Of a stretch of DNA of 64,000 nt, positions 20,778 to 31,609 are shown in pieces. The translations under genes and the position numbers were made by a program. The notes under the pieces are model-generated. The model was given only the letters and a program-made list of their open reading frames with translations, ran no database searches and had not been told where the DNA came from. The stretch is from Alphaproteobacteria bacterium (GTDB taxonomy: Bacteria > Pseudomonadota > Alphaproteobacteria > RF32 > CAG-239): the NCBI GenBank assembly GCA_017471705.1, contig JAFUSH010000034.1, positions 43,934 through 107,933 of the forward strand, in the 5' to 3' direction. The stretch's first letter is position 1. Every line of letters starts with the position of its first letter.

Positions 20778-21500
20778 TTATATATCCTCCTTGGTCAAAG
20801 CGCGAAAGGCTTCATTTATATTTTTGCAACCGGTTTTTTTGAGTAAATTCGGCAAATCGGCATCGGCTTTTATCTGCCCTTTGTCAATCAGAATAATACG
20901 GTTACAGACGGATTCGGCTTCTTCCAATAAATGCGTGGAAATAATGATGGTTTTATTTTCCGACATATTTTTTATCAGAGAACGAATATAGTCTTTTTGG
21001 TTAGGGTCAAGTCCGTCCGTCGGTTCATCTAATAATAAAATCGGCGGATTGCTTATTATGCTTTGTGCAAAACCGACACGGCGCTGATATCCTTTGGAAA
21101 GTGTGTCGATTTTTTGTGACAGAACATTTTCAATATTGGCAACTTGTGCCGCTTTAGTTACCTCATTTTTGCCTAATCCGCGAATTTGCGCCGTATACAG
21201 TAAAAAACGTTTGACCGATAAATCAGCGTAAAGAGGAGAGCCTTCCGGTAAAAAACCGATATTTTCTTTGGCAAATAGAGGATATTGTGCGATGTTTTTT
21301 CCCAAGACTTCAATAGTTCCCGAAGTCGGAGCCAGATATCCGGCAATCATATTCATCAAAGTTGACTTTCCGGCTCCGTTGGGACCGAGAAGCGCGACTA
21401 TATCACCGATATGAGCTTCAAAATTCAAATTTTTCGAGGCTTGAATATCGCCGTAATTTTTGTATAAATTACTAATTCTGAGTGTTGTTTGCGTATTCAT
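20778..21500 (-). CDS. ABC transporter ATP-binding protein (ABC-2 subfamily)
   Basis: Walker A GPNGAGKST, signature LSKGYQRRV, Walker B ILLLDEPT. Confidence 0.85.
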   Translation of the reverse strand: MNTQTTLRISNLYKNYGDIQASKNLNFEAHIGDIVALLGPNGAGKSTLMNMIAGYLAPTSGTIEVLGKNIAQYPLFAKENIGFLPEGSPLYADLSVKRFLLYTAQIRGLGKNEVTKAAQVANIENVLSQKIDTLSKGYQRRVGFAQSIISNPPILLLDEPTDGLDPNQKDYIRSLIKNMSENKTIIISTHLLEEAESVCNRIILIDKGQIKADADLPNLLKKTGCKNINEAFRALTKEDI

Positions 21501-22590
21501 AGATTTCTCCTCCGGTCATTGGTTCGTATGCGCCGGTTGTATTAGGATAGGTAATCGGCAATCCGTATATTCTGCGCACGGCATTAAAAGCGGCAATTTG
21601 TGCTCCGATGGCTGTTAATTTCGGGTTGATTTCGGTCAGATTAATAACTTTTCTGGGAGCAAAATTTTGTTTTATATAGCGCAAAAGAGACGGATTTTTG
21701 ATTCCTTCTCCGCCGATATAGATATTTTGCGGAATTGCCGGCAGAAAATCAAGAGCCGACTGATAAATAGCTTCCGCAATAAAGTTGGCGGCGGTGGCGG
21801 TCCCGTCTTCCAAGGTCAATCCTTCCAAATGTTCTTTTTTATCGGCAAATTCCAATACATCTAATGATTTGGGCGGCGCTTTATGCAAAATTTTATGCTT
21901 AAGCATGGAATTTACCACTTGCGGGTGGATACTCCCCAAAGCTGCCAGTTTTCCGTTATAGTCTGTCTGCATATTGGCGTGACGAAATGTCCAATCCTCT
22001 ATCATCGCAATTCCCGGAGAACAATCATAAGCCGTAATTTCCCCGCTTTCACCGATATAGATAATGCTGCAAACCGCTTCAACATCGATAAAAAGCAACG
22101 GTTTCGGTAAGGTTTGTCCGATAAAGTTGAAAAAGGCAGGGGACAGCGGAGAAGCTTGTCCGCCCGAAAGCAAATCGGCTTTACGAAAATGAGTTATGAC
22201 TTGCTGTTTCAGTTTATCGGCAATCCGATGTCCGTCTTCCAGTTGATATGAACATTTATTTTGCGGTTCATTGAAAATAGTCAGACCGTCCACACCGATA
22301 CAGTCGGGTTTTTCGTTACCGCAGAATTCGGTAATGCATTCACAATAAAAATTACTGATGTTTTCTCTCACTTTTTGAACTTCTTCGTTTTGCTCCAATT
22401 CGAGGAATGACCAACTTCTTTTAGCTAATAGTTTGCGCAATGACAAAGCCAAATCTTCCGGATATGGAACAATAACCGAATTCATAAGTTTTTGTATATC
22501 TAAGCCGTCGGAAACAAGCAAAGCCAGCTCAACTGAATTGAGAGATGCGCCGCCGTACAGACCGAGAGATGTTAAACTTTTTATAACCAT
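21472..22590 (-). CDS. anmK: anhydro-N-acetylmuramic acid kinase
   Basis: 372 aa. The N-terminus SLGLYGGASLNSVELALL parallels AnmK M(S)GTSLDG.D.ALV. ASKHA-fold length and a C-terminal TGA...TGG motif. Confidence 0.55.
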   Translation of the reverse strand: MVIKSLTSLGLYGGASLNSVELALLVSDGLDIQKLMNSVIVPYPEDLALSLRKLLAKRSWSFLELEQNEEVQKVRENISNFYCECITEFCGNEKPDCIGVDGLTIFNEPQNKCSYQLEDGHRIADKLKQQVITHFRKADLLSGGQASPLSPAFFNFIGQTLPKPLLFIDVEAVCSIIYIGESGEITAYDCSPGIAMIEDWTFRHANMQTDYNGKLAALGSIHPQVVNSMLKHKILHKAPPKSLDVLEFADKKEHLEGLTLEDGTATAANFIAEAIYQSALDFLPAIPQNIYIGGEGIKNPSLLRYIKQNFAPRKVINLTEINPKLTAIGAQIAAFNAVRRIYGLPITYPNTTGAYEPMTGGEIYEYANNTQN

Positions 22591-22676
22591 AAGCCATTAA
22601 TCCTGTTGCAATAGCAAAATATTATGCTACTATACGTTAAAATTTAGTATAAAGCAATGAAAGGACAAATATAACT

Positions 22677-23927
22677 ATGTCACAGTTTAAGTCGGAATTT
22701 TTAAATATAATGCACGGACGCGGTTTTTACAATCAATGCACTAATGAAGAAGGTTTTGATGCGTACCTTTATGAATGCGAAAGCAAAGGTAAACCGGCAG
22801 TGGGGTATTTAGGTTCGGATCCGACCGGTGACAGTTTGCACGTGGGGCATATTGTGCCGTTGATGATGCTGCGTTGGTTCCAAAAATGCGGACACAAGCC
22901 GTTAACATTAGTCGGCGGTGCCACCGCGCGTATAGGCGATCCTTCCGGCAAAGATAAACTTCGACCTTTTTTGGATGAAGAAACGTTAAAGCATAATACG
23001 GCCGGATTGAAAAAATCTTTTTCCAAGTTTTTGAAATTCGGTGACGGTGCTACCGACGCTCTGATGGTTGATAACTGGGAGTGGTTTAAGGATATCAATT
23101 ATTTGTCGTTTTTACGTGATATCGGAACTTGTTATTCAGTTAACAGAATGTTGACGATGGATAGTGTGAAAAGCCGCTTGGAACGCGAACAGCCGATGTC
23201 TTTTTTGGAATTTAACTATATGCTTTTGCAAGGTTATGATTTTTGCGTGTTGTTGCAAAAATACGGTTGCCGCGCACAAATTGCCGGAGCAGACCAGTGG
23301 GGTAATATAGTATCCGGAACTGAGCTGGGACGCCGTCGGTATGATACGGAATTGTTCGGTTTTACCAGCCCGATTATCACCGATTCTTCCGGTAAAAAAA
23401 TGGGCAAATCCGAGGGTAATGCCGTGTGGATTAATGAAGATAAACTGCCTGCTTATGATTACTACCAATATTTCCGTAACATCGGAGATTCCGAAGTCGG
23501 TAAATGCTTGCGTATATATACCGATTTGCCGATGGATGAAGTTCACCGTTTGGAACAGTTACGGGATAAGGAAATCAATGAAGCCAAGAAAATATTGGCT
23601 TTTGAAGCTACCAAGATTTGCCGCGGCGAAGAGGAAGCACAGTCAGCGCAAAATACCGCGATAAAGGCATTTGAACAAGGAATTGCCGGCGGAGATTTAC
23701 CGGTACTGAATGCGGATTTGAAAACCGGTATCGGAGTTTTGGATGCTTTTTTGCAAATAGGATTTGTTGCCAGTAAAGGCGAAGCCAGACGTTTGATTAA
23801 ACAGGCCGGATTAAAGATAAACGATAAGCCGGTAACCGATGAAAATTATATCATTACATCAGCTGATTTGATTGACGGTGCGGTTAAAATAGCTCAAGGC
23901 AAGAAAAAGTTCGGTCTGATTAAATAA
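22677..23927 (+). CDS. tyrS: tyrosine--tRNA ligase
   Basis: HIGH-like GSDPTGDSLHVGH, KMSKS as KMGKSEGN, C-terminal S4 domain. Confidence 0.9.
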   Translation: MSQFKSEFLNIMHGRGFYNQCTNEEGFDAYLYECESKGKPAVGYLGSDPTGDSLHVGHIVPLMMLRWFQKCGHKPLTLVGGATARIGDPSGKDKLRPFLDEETLKHNTAGLKKSFSKFLKFGDGATDALMVDNWEWFKDINYLSFLRDIGTCYSVNRMLTMDSVKSRLEREQPMSFLEFNYMLLQGYDFCVLLQKYGCRAQIAGADQWGNIVSGTELGRRRYDTELFGFTSPIITDSSGKKMGKSEGNAVWINEDKLPAYDYYQYFRNIGDSEVGKCLRIYTDLPMDEVHRLEQLRDKEINEAKKILAFEATKICRGEEEAQSAQNTAIKAFEQGIAGGDLPVLNADLKTGIGVLDAFLQIGFVASKGEARRLIKQAGLKINDKPVTDENYIITSADLIDGAVKIAQGKKKFGLIK

Positions 23928-23942
23928 CAGGAAAAACAAATA

Positions 23943-25379
23943 ATGTCCAAGAGCCTTAAATATACATTATACGGCATTCTAATCTTGGATATTATAGGAA
24001 TATTGCTATCGGTCCCGTTCAGCTCAACTTTGCTAATGGATAACTTGGAACATCTGAGAATGAGTTATCTCGTGAGTCAGGGATATGTACCGTACCGCGA
24101 TTTTTTTGAACATCACCATCCGCTTTTATGGTATATGTTTGCGCCATTTATGAAAATTTTGCCGCATAATATCATAACGGTTCTATTTATTGCCCGCTTC
24201 TCAGCACTGATTGCGCGTGTGATAATGTTTTATTTTATTTATTTGATATTTAAGAGATTTTTCGGTGATGGCACATTAATACTGTATTTTATGCTGATAG
24301 TGTTCTCGTTCTACCCGATTTGGTATGGATTTTCGTATTTCAAGCCCGATGTTTTTGAGCTATTATTCTTTTTTATTGGTTTATACCTGTTTTTTATGTA
24401 TATGCATAGCCTTAAAATAATATATCTCATTGCAAGCGCTCTTTGCTTTATGGTGTCATTTTTATTTCTGCAAACCGCAATATTCAGTATTCTGCCGTTA
24501 TCTGTAATCTTAATTTATTTTGCAAAGAAAAATCCCAAAGTTACGGCAGATATTCTGATTGCAAGTGTATTGCCCATACTTATACTTTCGGGTATTGCTT
24601 TATATATGTATGAAAATGAAGTTATACGGCGCTATTATGATTTGAACTGGACTTTCAACAGAAACATATTTGATTTGTGTGACGATTTTATCGATTTTTC
24701 TTCGGTTATTCCGTATTATATTGTCCAACTGTTTATGGGAATTGTTTCATTAATGTGGGTTATTAAAAAGGATAGAGATAATAAATATGTGCAAACAGTG
24801 GGACTTCTATACATATTTTCAATTGCCGAACATACATTTTTTGTGACAACAAACGCACATTACCTGATATTAACATTGATATATTGTTCAATGATAATTG
24901 CTCCGGTTATGAAACAAATTTTCTGCAGTGTTAAAAAACAATCGAAAAACAGAGCCGTGTTTTATATATTTTCATATTTATTTGTATACATTATATTCAA
25001 TTTTACAGGATTGTGGCTGTGGAATAATAATGAATTATTCCGTAATCGGAAAATTTTTTCAAATTACGATAAGTCCCCGATAGTTAATATTGATAATACA
25101 TATAAGTTTATATGGAATAAGCACGTTTCTTATTATGAAATGCGCAATACATTGCATAAAGTTGATGATTATTTATTCCATACTCATCCCGAGTATGATA
25201 TTAACGAACAAATAAAGCAATATAAACCGGAGTATTTGGAATATGATGTAACGCTGGCGCAAAAACATCAAAGGTATAAAATTAAAAACGGCAGGTTTGA
25301 GATTTCATTGAAAAATCTGCAGGAATATGAGCAAATATATCCTAACTTATGGCGCCGCAAAGATACTTTTTCTCAATAA
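23943..25379 (+). CDS. polytopic membrane protein, possibly a GT-C-type glycosyltransferase-like protein
   Basis: About 11 predicted TM helices and a Phe/Tyr/Ile-rich composition. Family call is weak. Confidence 0.45.
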   Translation: MSKSLKYTLYGILILDIIGILLSVPFSSTLLMDNLEHLRMSYLVSQGYVPYRDFFEHHHPLLWYMFAPFMKILPHNIITVLFIARFSALIARVIMFYFIYLIFKRFFGDGTLILYFMLIVFSFYPIWYGFSYFKPDVFELLFFFIGLYLFFMYMHSLKIIYLIASALCFMVSFLFLQTAIFSILPLSVILIYFAKKNPKVTADILIASVLPILILSGIALYMYENEVIRRYYDLNWTFNRNIFDLCDDFIDFSSVIPYYIVQLFMGIVSLMWVIKKDRDNKYVQTVGLLYIFSIAEHTFFVTTNAHYLILTLIYCSMIIAPVMKQIFCSVKKQSKNRAVFYIFSYLFVYIIFNFTGLWLWNNNELFRNRKIFSNYDKSPIVNIDNTYKFIWNKHVSYYEMRNTLHKVDDYLFHTHPEYDINEQIKQYKPEYLEYDVTLAQKHQRYKIKNGRFEISLKNLQEYEQIYPNLWRRKDTFSQ

Positions 25380-26497
25380 ACTTTATTAAATGTTTCATTT
25401 TCGTATTTATAAACGGCGTAACTTTCGCTGACACGGGGTGCGCCGTTATGAAACATTTTATTGCCGAATTCGGTTTTAATCGTTTTATCGTTAAGAGCGG
25501 AAGAAAGTTTATTGTAATCAAATGATTTTGCCTTTTTTACCAGTTCTTGCCACAGTTTCACCGCTGAATAACCGTAAAGAGATAATCCTTCGGTATCCAA
25601 TCCGCTTAAACGCAATTTAACCAAAGTCTCGGCAAATTCAGGATTGTCGTCTTTACCTCGGAGTTCCATAAAATAAGTTCCTTCTGCCCATCTGTCCAAA
25701 TAACGGATATATTCATCGGTAGCACGATATTTATTGGTGAATATAATGAAATCTTCATTTTCTTCACGGATGGCGCGTGCCATTTTGCGAATATTTTTGG
25801 CAGTTCCCAATAAAAAAGCGATTTGATTTTGCTCATCAACAATTTTTTCTGCCAAATCATCGTAATCTTTATTTGTCATTTGATAAGTATAATGTTCAAT
25901 TACTACCGACTTACCGTGACGGGAAAACTCTTTGATAATGGCTTCGGCTTCCTGAGTACTATCACCATCGGCGGAATTACTGACAACAGCTACTTTCTGA
26001 CCGGCAAAAGCAGTGTTATAAAATTTGAAGAAATCCACGGCTTGCTGATTTGTATACCCCAACATTTTAACCAATCCGCTTTTAATTGTTTTAGCCTGCG
26101 AGTAGTTAACGGTTGTCGGAATAATCTGAAAGATTTTAGAGCGGGCAAAAACATCGGCAACCGTATCAAAAGAATTGGCGCAATAAGGTCCGATAACCAA
26201 ATTCAAGGGATTTTCTTTGGAAACCGCCAGCATTTGCGCTGTAGATATAGCCATCGCATCATTGCATTCATCATCAACTTCCAACAGATGAATTTTTTTT
26301 CCCAACAATCCGCCGTGCATATTTATCTCATCGACAGCTTTCTTTACTCCCTTAGAAAGCTCGGTACCTTGCTGCAGATAATCTCCGGCTTTGGGAGCAA
26401 TAAGAGCTACCGTGACCTTAGCATTAACCGGTGCGGATAATAGCAATAATCCGCTTAAAACTATGTATTTACCAAAACAATTCATATCTTTAAGCAT
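25373..26497 (-). CDS. periplasmic substrate-binding protein, LivJ/branched-chain amino acid-binding (PBP type 1) family; orphan
   Basis: Signal peptide, then KVTVALIAPKAGDYLQQGTELSKGVKKAVDEINMHGGLLGKKIHLLEVDDECN: the classical Leu/Ile/Val-binding protein N-terminus. Confidence 0.75.
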   Translation of the reverse strand: MLKDMNCFGKYIVLSGLLLLSAPVNAKVTVALIAPKAGDYLQQGTELSKGVKKAVDEINMHGGLLGKKIHLLEVDDECNDAMAISTAQMLAVSKENPLNLVIGPYCANSFDTVADVFARSKIFQIIPTTVNYSQAKTIKSGLVKMLGYTNQQAVDFFKFYNTAFAGQKVAVVSNSADGDSTQEAEAIIKEFSRHGKSVVIEHYTYQMTNKDYDDLAEKIVDEQNQIAFLLGTAKNIRKMARAIREENEDFIIFTNKYRATDEYIRYLDRWAEGTYFMELRGKDDNPEFAETLVKLRLSGLDTEGLSLYGYSAVKLWQELVKKAKSFDYNKLSSALNDKTIKTEFGNKMFHNGAPRVSESYAVYKYENETFNKVY

Positions 26498-26609
26498 TAG
26501 TTAATTTTTTGTTAATATATCAAAAAAATTTTTATTTGCAATAAATATTAAAAGGTTGCCAATTTACGGATAATGATGTTATATATCATAAGCATTTTAC
26601 GGAGAAAAT

Positions 26610-29429
26610 ATGACAGAAGGTAAATATATAGAAATTAAGGGCGCACGCCAGCATAATCTGAAAAACATAAACGTTAATATTCCTAAAAATAAATTAACGG
26701 TGATTACAGGCTTGTCCGGCTCGGGAAAATCATCTTTGGCATTTGATACCATATATGCCGAAGGTCAGCGGCGTTATGTTGAAAGTTTATCGGTATATGC
26801 CAGACAATTTTTGGATTTAATGAGCAAACCTGATGTAGATTCCATTGAAGGACTTTCGCCGGCAATATCTATTGAACAAAAAACGGTTTCGCATAACCCG
26901 CGCTCAACAGTGGGAACCATTACCGAAATATATGATTATATGCGGCTTCTGTGGGCAAGAGCCGGAACTCCGTATTCACCGGCGACCGGATTACCGATAG
27001 AAGCACAGTCCGTGTCGCAAATGGTAGATAAAATAATGTCTTATCCCGAGGGTTCAAAAATTATTCTGCTGTCTCCGATTGCCCGCGGTAAAAAAGGTGA
27101 ATTTAAAAAAGAGTTTGCCGAATTGCAAAAAAAAGGATTTCAGCGCCTTAATATTGATGATGAAATATATAATATCGATGAACTTCCGGATTTAAATAAG
27201 AATATAAAACATAATATTGAAGTAGTCGTTGACAGACTGATAATTAAAGACGGAATAGTCACTCGTTTAGCGCAATCGGTGGAAACTGCGCTTAAATTAA
27301 GCAACGGAATTTTATATGTGGAAAATATGGCTGATAAATCACGGGAAACTTTTTCTTCGCGATTCGCCTGTCCGGTTTCCGGATTTACCATAGAGGAAAT
27401 AGAACCTCGCTTGTTTTCTTTTAATAATCCACAGGGAGCTTGCCCGCATTGCGGAGGATTGGGAGCAAGTTTATATATGGATCCGGAGCTAGTTGTTCCA
27501 AACGAAAATTTAAGCTTGGCAAACGGAGCAATCGCTCCGTGGTCGGTAAGCAGTCACTCTGTTTTTTATCGGCAGACACTTAATTCTTTGTGTGATTATT
27601 TGGAAATATCCAATAAAACTCCGTGGAAAGATTTACCGGCTTATGCACAGGAAACCATATTATACGGCTCCGGCAATCGCTGTGTACCGATGGTTTTTTC
27701 CAAATGGGTGAGCGATAAACCTTTTGAAGGTGTTATTCCTAATATGGAGCGCCGTTTTTTGGAAACCGATTCGGCGGTGGTCAGAGATGAGCTTTCACGC
27801 TATCAATCGGCGGCTCCTTGTGAGAGTTGCCGCGGCAAGCGTTTAAAGCCTGAGGCTTTGGCGGTAAAAATCTGCGGTCTGGATATTATAGATGCTTCGG
27901 AAATGTCAGTTAAAAAAGCGCTTAAGTGGTTTGAGGGTGTTGAAGAACAATTAACTCCGCAAAAACGTGAAATAGCACGCAAAATAGTTAAAGAAATTCA
28001 CGAGCGCCTGAGTTTCTTGAATAATGTCGGATTGGATTATTTGACCTTATCGCGCCAATCGGGAACATTGTCGGGCGGCGAAGCACAGCGGATTCGGTTG
28101 GCATCGCAAATAGGTACCGGCTTAACCGGTGTTATGTATGTTTTGGATGAACCGTCCATAGGTTTGCATCAAAGGGATAATGACAAACTTTTGGATAGTC
28201 TGACTCGTCTGCGCGATATCGGCAATACCGTTATTGTGGTGGAGCACGATGAAGATGCTATGCGGGCGGCTGACTATTTGGTCGATATGGGGCCTCTTGC
28301 CGGAAGCAAGGGCGGATACGTAACCGCGAGCGGCACGGTTGAGCAAGTATTGAAAAATCCCGATAGTCTGACGGCGCAATATCTGACCGGTAAAAAATGC
28401 ATTCCGGTTCCGCCGAAACGCCGCAAAGGTAACGGTAAGTTTTTGGAGTTAAAAGGCGCGCGTACCAACAATTTGAAGAATATCGACGTAAAAATTCCAC
28501 TGGGAACGCTTACTTGCGTTACCGGAATATCCGGCAGCGGAAAATCATCGTTGATTTTGGAAACATTGTTTAAAGCAATTGATAAAGAGCTTAACGGCAG
28601 CCGTGTTCCCCCCGGACCGTATGATAAACTTATCGGTTTGCAGAATATTGATAAAGTTATTGATATTGACCAATCACCGATCGGCAGAACCCCGCGTTCT
28701 AATCCGGCAACCTATACCGGCGTGTTTACCAATATCCGCGATTGGTTTGCCGAATTGCCGGAAGCTAAAGCCAGAGGATATACTTCGGGATATTTTTCAT
28801 TTAATGTTGCCGGCGGACGTTGCGAAGCTTGCAAAGGCGACGGCGTAATGAAGATAGAAATGAATTTTCTGCCTGATGTGTACGTTCCGTGCGATGCTTG
28901 TCACGGTACTCGCTACAATCGTGAAACTTTAGAGGTTAAATATCGCGATAAGTCAATTGCCGATGTTTTGGATATGACAATTGATGATGCTTACGTGTTC
29001 TTTGAAAATATTCCGGCTATTAAACGCCGCCTTGATTTATTGCGCCGTGTCGGTTTGGGGTATGTTAAACTCGGGCAGCCGGCTCCGACATTATCGGGCG
29101 GTGAGGCGCAGCGCATTAAACTTTCTAAAGAATTGAGTAAAAAAGCCACCGGAAAAACATTGTATATTTTAGATGAACCGACTACCGGATTGCATTTTGA
29201 AGATATAAAACATTTGTTGGAAGTGTTGGAAATGCTGGTAGAGCAGGGAAATACGGTGGTAGTTATCGAGCATAATTTGGATGTGATAAAAACCGCTGAT
29301 TACATAATTGATGTCGGACCGGAGGGCGGCGACGGCGGCGGTGAAATCGTGGCAATCGGCACTCCGGAAGAAGTGGCGAAAAATAAAAAAAGCTTTACCG
29401 GAAAATACTTAAAAGGAAAACTGGGGTAA
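26610..29429 (+). CDS. uvrA: excinuclease ABC subunit A
   Basis: Two ABC modules ([15 protein letters not shown]; [11 protein letters not shown]), zinc-finger cysteines, 939 aa. Confidence 0.95.
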   Translation: MTEGKYIEIKGARQHNLKNINVNIPKNKLTVITGLSGSGKSSLAFDTIYAEGQRRYVESLSVYARQFLDLMSKPDVDSIEGLSPAISIEQKTVSHNPRSTVGTITEIYDYMRLLWARAGTPYSPATGLPIEAQSVSQMVDKIMSYPEGSKIILLSPIARGKKGEFKKEFAELQKKGFQRLNIDDEIYNIDELPDLNKNIKHNIEVVVDRLIIKDGIVTRLAQSVETALKLSNGILYVENMADKSRETFSSRFACPVSGFTIEEIEPRLFSFNNPQGACPHCGGLGASLYMDPELVVPNENLSLANGAIAPWSVSSHSVFYRQTLNSLCDYLEISNKTPWKDLPAYAQETILYGSGNRCVPMVFSKWVSDKPFEGVIPNMERRFLETDSAVVRDELSRYQSAAPCESCRGKRLKPEALAVKICGLDIIDASEMSVKKALKWFEGVEEQLTPQKREIARKIVKEIHERLSFLNNVGLDYLTLSRQSGTLSGGEAQRIRLASQIGTGLTGVMYVLDEPSIGLHQRDNDKLLDSLTRLRDIGNTVIVVEHDEDAMRAADYLVDMGPLAGSKGGYVTASGTVEQVLKNPDSLTAQYLTGKKCIPVPPKRRKGNGKFLELKGARTNNLKNIDVKIPLGTLTCVTGISGSGKSSLILETLFKAIDKELNGSRVPPGPYDKLIGLQNIDKVIDIDQSPIGRTPRSNPATYTGVFTNIRDWFAELPEAKARGYTSGYFSFNVAGGRCEACKGDGVMKIEMNFLPDVYVPCDACHGTRYNRETLEVKYRDKSIADVLDMTIDDAYVFFENIPAIKRRLDLLRRVGLGYVKLGQPAPTLSGGEAQRIKLSKELSKKATGKTLYILDEPTTGLHFEDIKHLLEVLEMLVEQGNTVVVIEHNLDVIKTADYIIDVGPEGGDGGGEIVAIGTPEEVAKNKKSFTGKYLKGKLG

Positions 29430-29432
29430 GAT

Positions 29433-29660
29433 TTATTTAAAACATATTTTTATCTGTTTGCCATAGAATTTAAGCAGTTTTTTTAAAGCGGTCACGTCTA
29501 TTGCCTTACCCAATTCCATAATATCAATCAAGTCAATCGGTACTCTGGAATGTTTGGCAACCTGATAAATATACAAATGTTTCTCTTGTCGAGCCAACCA
29601 TAGTTCGTGACCGATTTGCATTCTTATTTTTTTATTTAGCTCAACAGTATTATTAAACAT
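29433..29660 (-). CDS. small helix-turn-helix (XRE-like) DNA-binding protein
   Basis: 75 aa. LYIYQVAKHSRVPIDLIDIMELGK resembles an HTH_3 motif. It is convergent with uvrA, with only a 3-bp gap. Confidence 0.5.
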   Translation of the reverse strand: MFNNTVELNKKIRMQIGHELWLARQEKHLYIYQVAKHSRVPIDLIDIMELGKAIDVTALKKLLKFYGKQIKICFK

Positions 29661-29689
29661 TTGAAAAACTCCTTTTTGCCGATATTAAA

Positions 29690-29880
29690 CAAAAAAGACC
29701 ACTCGAAAAAGTGGTCGGGAGTTCAAAGCTGCTCAAAGTCAGTCTGGCGTATTCAATATATTCCGCCAGCTCCCCACCATTGAGGAGTTATTTTCTCTGA
29801 GAGGAGCTTTGATACTCCGCAGACGACCTCTCGTCCGCAGAAACCATATTAAACAAATGAGTATAATTTGCAAGCGAAAA
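29690..29880 (-). ncRNA. candidate structured small RNA of unknown class, ending in an intrinsic terminator
   Basis: A GC-enriched segment in a 350-bp non-coding gap. On the minus strand, GGAGTATCAAAGCT and AGCTTTGAACTCC form a 13-bp closing helix around ~80 nt. Inside are internal hairpins (CTGGCG...CGCCAG) and a terminal GACCACTTTTTCGAGTGGTC hairpin followed by TTTTTTG. Confidence 0.3.
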
Positions 29881-30012
29881 AATTGTGTTACCCTGTTTTT
29901 TGCCGATGGATAAAAAATTCAAGGGGACTCCAAATTAATTTTAACTAAGCGTTATTTAGGAGCGCCAAATTTTTAAACTTGCTTTTTATGTTGATTCTTA
30001 TATGTTTAAGGT

Positions 30013-30555
30013 ATGGTTGATGAAATAGAAAAAATATTGTTGCTTTCGTGTTGCGCTCCGTGTTCCTGCGCAGTAATCAAAACTTTGGCTGAACAAAAAA
30101 AAGATTTTGCCGTGGTGTTTTATAATCCGAACATCTGCCCTTATGCCGAGTATGAAAAGCGCCGAGACGAAAATAAACGTGTTTGCGAGCAATACGGCGT
30201 GGAATTTATTGAGCTTGAGTATGATAACGAGCGTTGGTGCGAATTAACCAAAGGATTGGAAAACGAGCCTGAGCGAGGAAAACGTTGTTCAATATGCTTT
30301 TATATGCGTTTAAAAAGAGTTATGCAATACGCTGAAGAACACAGATTTACGGCAGTAAGCTCTGTTTTGGGAGTTTCACGCTACAAAAATTTGGAACAGG
30401 TAAACGAAGCAGCATATAAAGCGGCAAAGGATACCGGATTTATTTATACCGAAATTGAAGGACGTAAGAACGGTATGCAGGATTTACGCCAAGAACTTAT
30501 AAAAGAATTGAACTTGTACAATCAAAATTATTGCGGATGCAAACCGCGTAACTGA
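30013..30555 (+). CDS. queH: epoxyqueuosine reductase QueH (DUF208)
   Basis: LLLSCCAPCSCAV is the QueH cysteine motif. There is a C-terminal CGC. Confidence 0.8.
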   Translation: MVDEIEKILLLSCCAPCSCAVIKTLAEQKKDFAVVFYNPNICPYAEYEKRRDENKRVCEQYGVEFIELEYDNERWCELTKGLENEPERGKRCSICFYMRLKRVMQYAEEHRFTAVSSVLGVSRYKNLEQVNEAAYKAAKDTGFIYTEIEGRKNGMQDLRQELIKELNLYNQNYCGCKPRN

Positions 30556-30571
30556 AAAAAGGAGAAAAAAT

Positions 30572-31552
30572 ATGCAAAAAATAATCCCGAATAAATTACA
30601 AAAAGGCGATAAAATAATGATAGTGGCTCCGTCCAGCGGATTAAAAATAGTGCGTGCGGATTGCCGTCAATGTTCTGAAGAACGCTTTAAGCAGATGGGA
30701 TTGGAGTTGGTGTTTGCCGATAATACAATTGATGACAATTGGAACAAACTCGGCACCGGTTCGGTAGAACAGCGGGCCGCGGATATTATGCAGGCCTTTA
30801 AGGATAAATCGGTAAAAGCGATTTTTACGGTTTTGGGAGGCTTTAACAGTAATCAGATTTTGGCGCATTTGGATTATGATGTTATTCGTCAAAATCCGAA
30901 AATTATCTGCGGATTTTCTGATATCACCGCTGTTTTGGGAGCTATTAATGCCAAGACGGGAATGGAAGTATATTACGGACCGCATTACAGTTCGCTCGGT
31001 ATGAAAAAAGGCTGCGAATATACATTGGATTATTTGCAGAAAATGCTGTTTTGCGATGATGAAGTTGAAATAAAAGCTTCGCCGGAATGGAGCGATGATC
31101 CGTGGTATATAGATCAGGAAAAAAGAGAATTTATAAAAAATGAAGGTTTTTGGCATATTCACGAAGGCGATGCAGAGGGTACCATTGTCGGCGGTAATTT
31201 ATGCACTTATAATTTGCTTTTGGGTACAGAATATCAGCCTAAATTTGAGCGTGACACGATTTTAATGATAGAAGATGACGCCGAGAGTTATCCTGCAGCA
31301 TTTGACCGTAATTTGCAAGCGTTGTGCCATCAACCGGATTTTAAAAATGTTAAAGGTTTGGTCATCGGACGTTTCCAAAAAGGCTCGAAAATTGATCGTG
31401 AAATGTTGGAATTTATGATTAATAACAAAGATGAGTTGAAAAATATTCCGGTGCTGGCAAACGTGGACTATGGGCATACCACGCCGATTATAACCATACC
31501 TTTGGGCGGTTATGCCAAAATGCAAAACGGCAGATTGCTTATCAAAAAATAA
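30572..31552 (+). CDS. ldcA: LD-carboxypeptidase (peptidase S66, LdcA/MccF family)
   Basis: GDKIMIVAPSSGL N-terminal motif, 326 aa, S66 architecture. Confidence 0.75.
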   Translation: MQKIIPNKLQKGDKIMIVAPSSGLKIVRADCRQCSEERFKQMGLELVFADNTIDDNWNKLGTGSVEQRAADIMQAFKDKSVKAIFTVLGGFNSNQILAHLDYDVIRQNPKIICGFSDITAVLGAINAKTGMEVYYGPHYSSLGMKKGCEYTLDYLQKMLFCDDEVEIKASPEWSDDPWYIDQEKREFIKNEGFWHIHEGDAEGTIVGGNLCTYNLLLGTEYQPKFERDTILMIEDDAESYPAAFDRNLQALCHQPDFKNVKGLVIGRFQKGSKIDREMLEFMINNKDELKNIPVLANVDYGHTTPIITIPLGGYAKMQNGRLLIKK

Positions 31553-31571
31553 ATACATCAGGATAAAACAG

Positions 31572-31609
31572 AAATCCCGATACTTTTTTGTAAAGTATCG
31601 GGATTTTTC
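31572..31609. terminator. bidirectional intrinsic terminator between ldcA (+) and the convergent minus-strand gene
   Basis: AAATCCCGATACTT-TTTTGTAA-AGTATCGGGATTT flanked by A/T runs on both sides. Confidence 0.7.

Noticed and set aside
29699-29740. tRNA-like T-arm motif GGGAGTTCAAAGC.
   Set aside because: The flanking sequence cannot form the T-stem (CTGCT instead of CTCCC), and there is no acceptor or anticodon arm. No tRNA genes were detected anywhere in the window.
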